Source of the DNA: a virus
Taxonomy: Duplodnaviria; Caudoviricetes
DNA length: 54,292 nucleotides
IMG/VR virus record: IMGVR_UViG_3300007517_000008
Location: 1-54,292 of that record
Reading direction: 5' to 3' (one strand)
Part shown: in pieces, positions 46,414 to 54,292 of the stretch
Numbering within the stretch: position 1 is the stretch's first letter
Layout: each line of letters opens with the position of its first letter
Made by a program: the position numbers and the translations under genes
Notes under the pieces: model-generated
What the model was told of the DNA's origin: nothing
Seen by the model: only the letters and a program-made list of their open reading frames with translations
Databases searched by the model: none

Positions 46414-46814
46414 CATTATTATTAATTTGTTTTTTAACTTCAATTTATTTTATTGGAACATTTATGATGTATCAAGTGTTAACTGAACTTATTGCGAAAG
46501 AAAGAGTAGAGCAAATTGAAGAAGCATTGGAACGATTTGATGCACCCCAAGCAGCATGTTTGCGAGAAGCTTATATCAAAAAAATTGTTTTTAGGGGAAG
46601 TTTGTACGAAGATATATTCTTAGCAACTATTTTGTTTTGGCCCATTTTGTTTTTTATAAAGGTTATTCAATTTATAGTAAGCATTCCACAATACCTTATG
46701 AAAATTCCGCTGGGATGGTCTAAAAATAAAGAAGAAGCCATTAAAAGCCAAATGTTGCTTTTAACAGACCCAGTAGAGTATAGACGTCAAATTAATAAAA
46801 GAGAACAACAATAG
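46410..46814 (+). CDS. Hypothetical membrane protein
   Basis: Two hydrophobic segments; ATGA overlap with thyX. Confidence 0.65.
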   Translation: MTLLLICFLTSIYFIGTFMMYQVLTELIAKERVEQIEEALERFDAPQAACLREAYIKKIVFRGSLYEDIFLATILFWPILFFIKVIQFIVSIPQYLMKIPLGWSKNKEEAIKSQMLLLTDPVEYRRQINKREQQ

Positions 46815-46817
46815 GTG

Positions 46818-47717
46818 TCACATAACGAAGATGGCGCCAACGGCTGAGTCTAGTGTATTTTCAATAAAAGATTCGACGTTACCAGCATAGTAGTCAAGGT
46901 CATGATTGTTATACATCTCACGCGTTTCCGGTGACTTCACTCCTCCTCTATATTTCTGCCCACGATCCGTTACTTGACGTACAACATCATCAGGTAACGG
47001 ATTTAACTTTATTTTACCCGTTAACAAATACTAAGCAAATAGTTCATAGGCAAACTCATACCAATTCCTAAGATTTGCATCTCTGCTTGACTTCTGGCTT
47101 CCCATTTGGTGAGCAAAGTTTAAGAGAATCTTTTGTGAGTTCTGATCAAACAAGGTGTTGTTGTTTCCATTTCTGTAGCTGCTTCTTCCAGTTAAGTTAA
47201 TTTCATAAACATCTTTTAGTATGGTTTTAAACATGTTTGTAAGATCTTCAATATAAGAACCCCAAGAATCTGACGTTGCGCCCCTTCCTGCTCTTAGGGC
47301 GTGGCCAAGTCGATGAGCAAGAATCCAGCCAGAAGCCATATACCTTCTGTCACCTGTATTATTTGTGAAGATAATTGTAATTGCATTCGGGTTCGGATCT
47401 GGAAATTCTTCTACCGTCAACTGCATTTTGTTACGAACATAATTTATATCAACTTCGCCAACCTCGAAAAATTCGGAACTCTTCACGCGCTTGTCATTGA
47501 CAAACCACATGTCGAACTCATGTGATGTCTTCTGCCACTGTCTCTTTATTTTTTCAACTCCACGGTCAGAGGTTAAAATCTTTCTGTCAACTTTATTCTT
47601 AAAACCGTAAGCTTTATCAAAGTCTCCAATTCAATTGAATTGGCCAATAGCCATTTCCTCAAGTTCTTCTTTAATTAAGATTTGGAGCAAGTTCTCAAGA
47701 ATAGGGTTAGCTGACAT
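46818..47717 (-). pseudogene. 300-codon reading frame interrupted by in-frame TGA (47631-47633) and TAG (47031-47033)
   Basis: One frame reads MSANPILENLLQILIKEELEEMAIGQFN*IGDFDK...HEFDMWFVN...WILAHRLGH...YELFA*YLLTGKIK...AIFVM. It joins ORF-track pieces 47031-47510 and 46818-47027. Confidence 0.7.
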
Positions 47718-47735
47718 AGCCTCTAAATATTCTCT

Positions 47736-48776
47736 TTACTTTATATTCTTAGTAATCTTCCTGCCCGCTTGTGGATAAATGGCCAGTCTGCACCCTGGAA
47801 TACCAAAAGCAGCCCTGTCGCAGCCCGTAAAGGCCATTATGGCTGGCTGGTAACCATCTGGTAGGTCTTCTATCGAGTCATTCTTGTGAACGACTAGAGA
47901 GGCTTGTAGGGTCACTGAGGTCGTAGAAGAATTATTAGAAAAAGTATCTGAGGTTGCGCAGGGAACAAAAGAAATTTTGCCCTGAACAATTAAGTCAACT
48001 TCATTTTTATTCCCGAATAAAGCATACCTTTTCAGAGACTCATCTTCTATGAGTCTACCAAAGGTATAACTGGGAAACCGGGAAGTGTTGTCTTCAAATA
48101 AGGATAACATAGAAAGCTCAGCTTTAAGTTGTTCCCCAAAGTAGGTAATTTCTGAGTTTGTCAATATTTCTCTTGTACCTGACCATTGCCTAAAATGATT
48201 TGGTGCCGTTCCAAACTTGTGAGAAATTCTACAAAGAACTTCGTTTTTCTTGTTTAAAAGTTCAAAGTCAGATTTTGGCGGGTTTCCCCGTGCTCCCAAA
48301 GAAATTCTTGCATCTACAACATCGTGTATCCAAGAAACTTTATTGGACAAAGACTTAATCATGATCGAGACAGGATAAGCTCCAAGAACAGTTAGTTTCT
48401 TAAGTTCCCTTCTAAGCGAGTTAAGCTCCAATTGTTCTCTCGAATATAAGTCTTCCGTATGTTTGCTGCCAAATTCCTTTGTCTTCTGTAAGTGTCCAGA
48501 ACTTATAAATCTATTTGAAATATAGCTATCTCTTCTTATTGGCAGTATAATTTGTCCACCAATAGACCATTTTTTAAAGTGAGAAAAATCGTAGTCATTA
48601 TATACTTTTTCAAAGGCTTCGATTAAATCTTGTTCTTGCTCAATGATAACCGTGTCATTACCGTAAAATGTTTTCTTGGTTTTGATAATTTCAAAAGTCT
48701 TGCCACCCAAGATTCTATTTTTGAACTTTAGAAAGTTGTCTCGTTTTTTTAGAGTAGAAAATGTTAAACCAACCAT
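47736..48776 (-). CDS. Hypothetical protein, possible PD-(D/E)xK-fold nuclease
   Basis: 'PPKSDFEL...CRISHK' resembles the PK(A/S)D...ISHK variant of restriction-endonuclease-like folds. Confidence 0.5.
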   Translation of the reverse strand: MVGLTFSTLKKRDNFLKFKNRILGGKTFEIIKTKKTFYGNDTVIIEQEQDLIEAFEKVYNDYDFSHFKKWSIGGQIILPIRRDSYISNRFISSGHLQKTKEFGSKHTEDLYSREQLELNSLRRELKKLTVLGAYPVSIMIKSLSNKVSWIHDVVDARISLGARGNPPKSDFELLNKKNEVLCRISHKFGTAPNHFRQWSGTREILTNSEITYFGEQLKAELSMLSLFEDNTSRFPSYTFGRLIEDESLKRYALFGNKNEVDLIVQGKISFVPCATSDTFSNNSSTTSVTLQASLVVHKNDSIEDLPDGYQPAIMAFTGCDRAAFGIPGCRLAIYPQAGRKITKNIK

Positions 48777-48895
48777 ACTCTATAGACTTTAGGTGACTTG
48801 CCAGGTTGTGTAAAGAAAAACATAACCTACTGGACAATCTTTGTAAGTGTGCTACTCTGCAAGGACAGAGAAGCCGCAGGTTTCAGAAAGTTAAA

Positions 48896-50116
48896 ATGAG
48901 CAACACACCAGGAAAATTTGAAAAATTAGCAACCAAGATTGGTTCATTAGTTGATGAAAAAAATAAAGCCTACGGAGACAGCTTCGCTCAGGCAGGAGAT
49001 TTTCTAAGACTTCTCTTTCCGTTTGGCGTACCACCAGACAAGTATACAGACATGTTGGCGATAATCCGAATTTTCGATAAACTCAAAAGAATCGCCACAA
49101 ATAAAGATGCCTTTGCTGAATCTCCTTACTCAGATATTGTTGGATATGGTTTGCTTGGAGTCCACAATGACAACATAATGAAAGAAGCGGGAATAAAGGG
49201 AGAGAAAGAAATTGATGAGGCTGCCGCCGCATTTGCCGCTTCCGCCTTGAGTGAACTAAAGAAACAACAGTATTATGCCGAGTCAGAAGATTTAGAAGAT
49301 TCAGAGAAAGTCCGCGTCGAGGAGACCATCGAGGCGCTTTCCGATATTTTGTTGAATTCAGATGTCACATACTCTATATCGGATGACTATACGCGTGGAA
49401 TTCTCGTCACGCTTCCTAAAGGAGCAATGCTCGCCAAAGAACTACCCAAGTCGCTTAACGGTTTCCAGATCGTCGTTGAGCGAGGAGGAGAAATCATCCC
49501 ATACCACGCAGAAACGCGAAAAAACAAAGAAGAGCGAGACGCAAAGAAAACACAGAAGACTGCTATCAATGAAGCAATTGAAGAAACGCGAAAAGAACAA
49601 GAAGAACAAAAAGGAAAACCCCCTTCTTTGTACACAGAGGAATTTTCAAACTTTGTTGTAGAGTACACCGAAGGACGCCAGGCGGATGTAATAAAGTTCA
49701 AAGAAGATGATAGGATAAGAAAAGAGCAAGAAAAGCAACACTCAGACAAATTGGCAGCCTCACTAGAGGTGGATGAAGCCTCTTTGGCGGTGGACGAAGC
49801 AGCGAAACTTGCTATTCGGGAGGATATAAAAAAGCGAAACGAAGCGCACTACGCAAAAAAGGAGCAAGATAAGAAAAATTTGGAGCAAAAGAAGAAAGAT
49901 TTTGAAGCGGAAGAAAAATTTCTCCATTTTAAAAAATCTATGGGGAAGAGTGATTGGGATGAGATGCAAAAGTGGTACCAAACTGAAGTGGGTGAGGAGG
50001 AGGGAGAAGTAGGGCAGAAATCAATAATTTCAGTTAAAAAAACCGACTTAAGCAAGGTATCAGAAGAAGAATTATCAAATATTTTTTATAACTTCACAAA
50101 AACATGGCAAAAATAA
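48896..50116 (+). CDS. N-terminal MazG-like nucleotide-modification-associated domain (Nmad1/DUF1599-like) with long charged tail
   Basis: 'EKNKAYGDSF...IRIFDKLKRI...ESPYSDIVGYGLL' followed by ~300 aa rich in E/K. ATG 48896 is preferred over the ORF-track TTG. Confidence 0.65.
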   Translation: MSNTPGKFEKLATKIGSLVDEKNKAYGDSFAQAGDFLRLLFPFGVPPDKYTDMLAIIRIFDKLKRIATNKDAFAESPYSDIVGYGLLGVHNDNIMKEAGIKGEKEIDEAAAAFAASALSELKKQQYYAESEDLEDSEKVRVEETIEALSDILLNSDVTYSISDDYTRGILVTLPKGAMLAKELPKSLNGFQIVVERGGEIIPYHAETRKNKEERDAKKTQKTAINEAIEETRKEQEEQKGKPPSLYTEEFSNFVVEYTEGRQADVIKFKEDDRIRKEQEKQHSDKLAASLEVDEASLAVDEAAKLAIREDIKKRNEAHYAKKEQDKKNLEQKKKDFEAEEKFLHFKKSMGKSDWDEMQKWYQTEVGEEEGEVGQKSIISVKKTDLSKVSEEELSNIFYNFTKTWQK

Positions 50117-50129
50117 CAAACTTCCTCTC

Positions 50130-50157
50130 TTGCTAAGTCAGAAAAACAAGCTATAAC
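50130..50157 (+). promoter_or_regulatory. sigma70-like promoter
   Basis: TTGCTA-N16-TATAAC with GC preceding the -10 box. Confidence 0.5.
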
Positions 50158-50171
50158 GTTCAAAGAGAAAT

Positions 50172-51284
50172 ATGACTATTAAAATTCCACAACTAAACGA
50201 AATCTACAAAGGTTCTATTCCTTTTGTGGAGTCTAATACAATCTTTGCAGCCCTGCATGGGTCACATGCATACGGTCTGGCAACAGAAACATCAGATATT
50301 GACGTCAAGGGTGTTTTAATTGCACCTCTTGATCACTACCTTGGTTTTTCTAAGAGTTTTGAGCAAGCAGAGGGTCGTGAACCTTACGACCTGTCTATCT
50401 TTGAAATTAAAAAGTTTTTTAAGCTAGCAAGTCAGTGTAACCCGAATATCATTGAAATTTTATTCACTGACCCAGCAGAGCATATATTTGTTTCTCCGCT
50501 CGGTCAAAAGATTATTGATAACCGTGACACCTTTCTTTCTTTGAAGGCTCGCCACACGTTCGCTGGTTATGCAAAAAGTCAACTTGGCAGGATCAACAGT
50601 CACTACAAGTGGCTTAAAAACCCACCTTTGGTACCACCTTGTCGTAAAGACTTTGGTCTTGATGAAAAATCAAGGATTCCATCTGAACAGCTTGGTGCTG
50701 CTCTTGTGGAAGTTCAAAAGAAAATCGAGTCTTTTGATTTCAATTGGGATGTGATTGAAGAGGCAGATCGAATCTCCCTTAAGTCGAACATCGCAAACTT
50801 TTTTGCCGAGATGTCTTTAACGACGGATGACGTTTGGGTGCAAACGGGTAGGACTTTGGGATTTGACGATAATTTTATTGAAATTCTAAAGAAAGAGCGT
50901 TCCTACAAAGCCAAGAAGGAAGAGTGGGATTCTTACCAGCACTGGCTGGCTCACCGTAACCCCAAGCGCGCAGCTATAGAGGCCAAGCATGGGTTTGACC
51001 TAAAGCACGCTTCTCACCTTGTACGTTTGTTGAAGATGTGCAAGGAGATTATTGAGACGGGCAAAGTAATTGTGAAGCGTGTTGACGACCGTGAAGAATT
51101 GCTTGGAATTAAAAACCACGGGACTTGGACATATGAACAAACGATTGAATGGGCGGACAAACAAGAGAAAGAGATTGCAAAACTCGCTCAAACGTCTATA
51201 ATACTTCCAAAGGCTCCTAACATGGAGAAACTCGACAACCTTTGCATGGAACTCATTCAGGAATTTCATACAAAGAAAATGTGA
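50172..51284 (+). CDS. Pol-beta superfamily nucleotidyltransferase (YcgL/RlaP-like)
   Basis: HGSHAYGLATETSDIDVKG, KFFKL...NPNIIE.L, FAGYA..Q, KHASHLVRLL. Confidence 0.85.
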   Translation: MTIKIPQLNEIYKGSIPFVESNTIFAALHGSHAYGLATETSDIDVKGVLIAPLDHYLGFSKSFEQAEGREPYDLSIFEIKKFFKLASQCNPNIIEILFTDPAEHIFVSPLGQKIIDNRDTFLSLKARHTFAGYAKSQLGRINSHYKWLKNPPLVPPCRKDFGLDEKSRIPSEQLGAALVEVQKKIESFDFNWDVIEEADRISLKSNIANFFAEMSLTTDDVWVQTGRTLGFDDNFIEILKKERSYKAKKEEWDSYQHWLAHRNPKRAAIEAKHGFDLKHASHLVRLLKMCKEIIETGKVIVKRVDDREELLGIKNHGTWTYEQTIEWADKQEKEIAKLAQTSIILPKAPNMEKLDNLCMELIQEFHTKKM

Positions 51285-51318
51285 CGGCATAGAATAAAGA
51301 AATCTAAAGGAAATAAAC

Positions 51319-51585
51319 ATGCAAGAAGAAGAAAATAAAGTTTTGAAGTTGAGCGATGACGCAATTTTGATGGTCAGGGAACTTATTCAGTTGTCCCTTC
51401 TTACGGGGACGAATATAATTGACCACTTCAGGGCAATGCGTCTCGAAGCAGACCCTGTTAGCGGGTATATCACGGTCACCAAGGAATATATCAAGGGCTA
51501 CAACGAAATGGTCGAGAAGATGAACGCGGAAGCACTTGAACTTCAAGAAAAAGCGCAGGCCACTTTGGTTTCCAACGACGGCTAA
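51319..51585 (+). CDS. Hypothetical protein
   Basis: 88-aa ORF with RBS AAGGA, followed by a terminator. Confidence 0.75.
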   Translation: MQEEENKVLKLSDDAILMVRELIQLSLLTGTNIIDHFRAMRLEADPVSGYITVTKEYIKGYNEMVEKMNAEALELQEKAQATLVSNDG

Positions 51586-51603
51586 TAACAATAGAATATG
51601 TTT

Positions 51604-51636
51604 AAAAACCCAGGGGTTTAAGCCTGGGTTTTTTTT
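51604..51636 (+). terminator. Intrinsic terminator, possibly bidirectional
   Basis: AAAAACCCAGG-loop-CCTGGGTTTTTTTT. Confidence 0.85.
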
Positions 51637-51651
51637 GTTATGGCCTATCTC

Positions 51652-51679
51652 TTGCCAAGTCAAAACGTGGTGCTAAGAT
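51652..51679 (+). promoter_or_regulatory. sigma70-like extended -10 promoter, leaderless
   Basis: TTGCCA-N16-TAAGAT with TG at the extended -10 position. ATG 6 nt downstream. Confidence 0.65.
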
Positions 51680-51685
51680 AACCAG

Positions 51686-51883
51686 ATGACTACACATAAC
51701 ACACAAACTGAATTCCCTACCGTCACCACCATTTTTGTTGTACGCTCTAAGGTGCTTGATTATCCAATGTGCACCCGCAAGGATGCATCAAGCATCTCCA
51801 GGGAGCTAGCAGAAAAGGCGGTTGATGACCTCGTGTCAAGAGAAGGTTGGGATAAGAACGACCTTTATATCGAGGAGGCTTGA
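51686..51883 (+). CDS. Small hypothetical protein
   Basis: 65-aa ORF starting at the predicted transcription start. Confidence 0.65.
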   Translation: MTTHNTQTEFPTVTTIFVVRSKVLDYPMCTRKDASSISRELAEKAVDDLVSREGWDKNDLYIEEA

Positions 51884-51956
51884 AACGTTAAAAATCTAAA
51901 AGATAGAAATTGCCTCTTATTTACCAATAGTATTTCAAACCCTAAAAGAGAAAAAA

Positions 51957-52175
51957 ATGGATCCCAAAACAGAAGAAGAAACTAAGGCAGTAGAAGTTCC
52001 CCTTGCAAAATATAAGAAGGGCGACAAAGTAAATCTCTCCTATAATGGGGAAGTTTATCCGGTAACTGTAAAAAGCAGTACGGTTATTGGATTCCTAAGA
52101 GAATACTGTATTGAGTACCGTGATGGTAGCAAACGCTACGTGACAGAACATGAGTTCGCAAATCAACTCAATTAG
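51957..52175 (+). CDS. Small SH3/Tudor-like hypothetical protein
   Basis: 'KYKKGDKV...VTV...YCIEYRDG...VTEHE'. Confidence 0.6.
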   Translation: MDPKTEEETKAVEVPLAKYKKGDKVNLSYNGEVYPVTVKSSTVIGFLREYCIEYRDGSKRYVTEHEFANQLN

Positions 52176-52800
52176 TCTTCTTTAAACTTTTATCTTCCAC
52201 AAGTGCACTTTTCATAAGTTCTTTAAAAGAATCTTTGAAGTTGTTGACTGCCAAAGGTTTTTTAGAATGAACATTTGACTTAGCTGCAAGAGTAGACTTT
52301 TCTTTTCTCTCGCGAATCATTGCTTCCAGTTGACTTTTTGTAAGGATGACCTGTTTCTTTTGAACTGGTTTATCAATCTCTTCAAGCAAGTTTGAGATAT
52401 CTTCGCGTTCTTTCTCAGGCTTTTGTTCTGGTCTTGATAGAGGCTTCTCTGCTTTTGCCTCAACCGGAACCACTTCGACAGTCATATCTCGAATAAAGAA
52501 TATATCAAGCGTCATTGGACAGAAGATTCTTGATCCAATAATAACTTCAATTTTGCCCTCGTAAGGGACGTCAGGTTTTACAATCCCAGATAATTCTGGA
52601 ACCACAAATACAAGAAGGTTATCTTCATCTGTAGTAATTACTGGAAAAACTAAACCCATTGAATGAGTTTCGTTTTTTTCTGTTATGAGAAGTCTTACAG
52701 ATTGTTTAGTCGATCCAGACTCAGAAGTTGTACCTTGAATCTTAATTTTAAACTTTAATTCATTAGACTCGTCTATTTTAAGAGTAATCTCATTGGTCAT
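52168..52800 (-). CDS. Hypothetical protein
   Basis: Likely start ATG 52800 (MTNEITLKIDE). Beta-rich N-terminal half and charged C-terminal half containing LTKSQLEAMIRE. Confidence 0.7.
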   Translation of the reverse strand: MTNEITLKIDESNELKFKIKIQGTTSESGSTKQSVRLLITEKNETHSMGLVFPVITTDEDNLLVFVVPELSGIVKPDVPYEGKIEVIIGSRIFCPMTLDIFFIRDMTVEVVPVEAKAEKPLSRPEQKPEKEREDISNLLEEIDKPVQKKQVILTKSQLEAMIRERKEKSTLAAKSNVHSKKPLAVNNFKDSFKELMKSALVEDKSLKKTN

Positions 52801-53473
52801 CGTTATTTGTTCCTGACTTAATAAGTATTGCCGATACTTCAATCAAAGAGCCTTCGGTGTCAGCAGAACTGTTTTTTACCTCAATAACCATAGCTTGAGA
52901 CCCTGTAGTCTTCACTTGTTCCACTTGTACTTTAATAGCGTTTAGCGGTTTTGCATCTAGCATCTGCGTACTGACCAAAAATGCCTCGGAAGAAACTTCA
53001 ATTAAGTTTGCAGAAGTTTGAATTGATTCAGTTGTTCGTATTAAGTTTCCTCTCACAGAAGGGAATCTGGAGTCAAACAAAGCTCCGTTGATTTGAATTG
53101 AAACCTCTGGGTTCTCTCCCTTGAACCTAAGAGTTTCTGCTTCGCATGTAATTGTTTCAAAGTTGACTTCTTTAAGACAGGCGTCGATAGAGATGTCAAG
53201 CCAAGGCAAATACTTTTTAACTTGCTCTTTTTTGCGACTGCCGGAAAAACCATATCTTCCTACAAGACCTGGAGTAACAACGACTGGAATTGGTTCGGCA
53301 AGACAAATCGCGTCATAACCTGGTCCGTTATAAAAATAACACCTCTCATCATATCCTAGAGATGGGTCATTATAGAAATTTGTGCCACCACAATTTGGAT
53401 CATAGTCTCCTTCATAGAAAAAGCAAATCTCATTATACCCAAGCGCTGGGTCGTCATAGGTATAAAGAGTCAT
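52790..53473 (-). CDS. Hypothetical protein with duplicated Tyr/Cys-rich N-terminal repeat
   Basis: YDDPALGYNEICFFYEG and YNDPSLGYDERCYFYNG. Confidence 0.7.
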   Translation of the reverse strand: MTLYTYDDPALGYNEICFFYEGDYDPNCGGTNFYNDPSLGYDERCYFYNGPGYDAICLAEPIPVVVTPGLVGRYGFSGSRKKEQVKKYLPWLDISIDACLKEVNFETITCEAETLRFKGENPEVSIQINGALFDSRFPSVRGNLIRTTESIQTSANLIEVSSEAFLVSTQMLDAKPLNAIKVQVEQVKTTGSQAMVIEVKNSSADTEGSLIEVSAILIKSGTNNDDQ

Positions 53474-53476
53474 TTA

Positions 53477-54292
53477 TTATTTTAATTTCTTAAGTGTTTC
53501 TAGGTATCCACTTGTTATGGATTCTAAAATAACTTTTGGGTCAAACACCATAGAATGTACAGGTTGGTGATGATCTGGAAAATAAAGGTTAATTTTAGGA
53601 CAAGAAAAATTATATTCTATTTTCCTAGAACCCTTTTTGCAACTTTGCGCTTTCTGCAAAAGAGCCATAGCCTCTTGTTCATGGTTCTTCTTCGCCTTTA
53701 GAACCGTGTAGAAGTCGTTGGTGTAGACTTGCTCGGATAAGATTTCCGATGCCCTTAGAGCTACCTTGGGAGCGTTTACCACATATTCTTTAAGTACAGC
53801 AAGGTCGCTTGTAATTGGAGATGTTAAAACAACATCAATTTCATCTGGCCTTTCTTTTAGGCATTCCAAAAGTGGTATTTGATAACGAATACCACCATCA
53901 ACCCATTGCTCACCGTCTATTAAAATTGGAGGAAAAACTACTGGCAAGTGACTGCTTGCCAAAATATATTGTTTAATGTTTGAACGAGAGTTATCAAAAA
54001 CCTCATATTTTCCGCTCGTAAGAGAAACGCAACCAACTGTTAATTTTGTTGTTGACGTAGCTGAAAGCTCATCGCTCCATATAGAGTCAAAAAGTTTTTC
54101 AAGTGGAGTGCCAGAATTAATGGAACCCATAATCATAGAGGCTATATAATTTGGAACTTTATATGGAATCCAAGGTTTGTAGATATTATTGGAAGAAGAA
54201 ATGTTTTTCCACAAGTTTTCAAGTTTGAAAAAATTAATTAACTGATCTCTCGGAGAATACAGTGACAAAAAAGAAGCATTTAGGGCTCCTAC
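53477..54292 (-). CDS. Patatin-like phospholipase, 5'-truncated by the window end
   Basis: The frame is open to the edge and begins VGALNAS (tail of GxSxG). Also ASSHLP.VFPP and WVDGGI. Confidence 0.85.
   Translation of the reverse strand, partial: VGALNASFLSLYSPRDQLINFFKLENLWKNISSSNNIYKPWIPYKVPNYIASMIMGSINSGTPLEKLFDSIWSDELSATSTTKLTVGCVSLTSGKYEVFDNSRSNIKQYILASSHLPVVFPPILIDGEQWVDGGIRYQIPLLECLKERPDEIDVVLTSPITSDLAVLKEYVVNAPKVALRASEILSEQVYTNDFYTVLKAKKNHEQEAMALLQKAQSCKKGSRKIEYNFSCPKINLYFPDHHQPVHSMVFDPKVILESITSGYLETLKKLK

Noticed and set aside
1-54292. Genome-wide stop-codon reassignment (TAG=Gln or TGA=Trp)
   Set aside because: All long conserved genes are intact in code 11. TGA ends the sheath, recA and nrdB genes at expected C-termini, and TAG ends the PolA-like gene. 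Only one gene shows in-frame stops.

Overview
AT-rich fragment of a large contractile-tailed (T4-like or jumbo myovirus-type) phage genome in the standard genetic code. All calls rest on motifs read by eye; no database search was run. Region 1-29 kb is a late structural module: neck and tail-completion genes, two tandem ~1000-aa tail sheath paralogs, tail tube, a hub/tail-assembly chaperone pair joined by a probable programmed frameshift, tape measure and baseplate genes. Region 29-46 kb covers replication and nucleotide metabolism: stand-alone PolA-like domain, gp32-like SSB, RecA with a mini-intein, dUTPase, 5'-3' exonuclease, DnaB, NrdB with an intein, NrdA, SWIM-SNF2, HAD nucleotidase and ThyX. 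The rest is accessory genes. The most striking feature is a tandem array of four diverged protein-kinase-like genes inserted between the neck and tail-completion genes, plus a fifth copy at 43.8 kb. All carry His in place of the catalytic-loop Asn, and the four tandem copies have a hypervariable helical insert. They share an acidic amphipathic N-terminal leader (L-x-x-[LIY]-[IV]-x-E...E) with at least six unrelated proteins, several preceded by a putative late motif TATTTA. I infer a capsid-loading tag delivering a diversified cargo of kinases and other effectors with the DNA. Other oddities are an in-frame insert in the PolA-like gene carrying twin AAAC-loop hairpins and helically phased GTATCT repeats, an RBS-occluding hairpin, leaderless sigma70-type promoters, and a leader-bearing gene interrupted by two in-frame stops. 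No tRNA, rRNA, CRISPR array or integrase was recognised.
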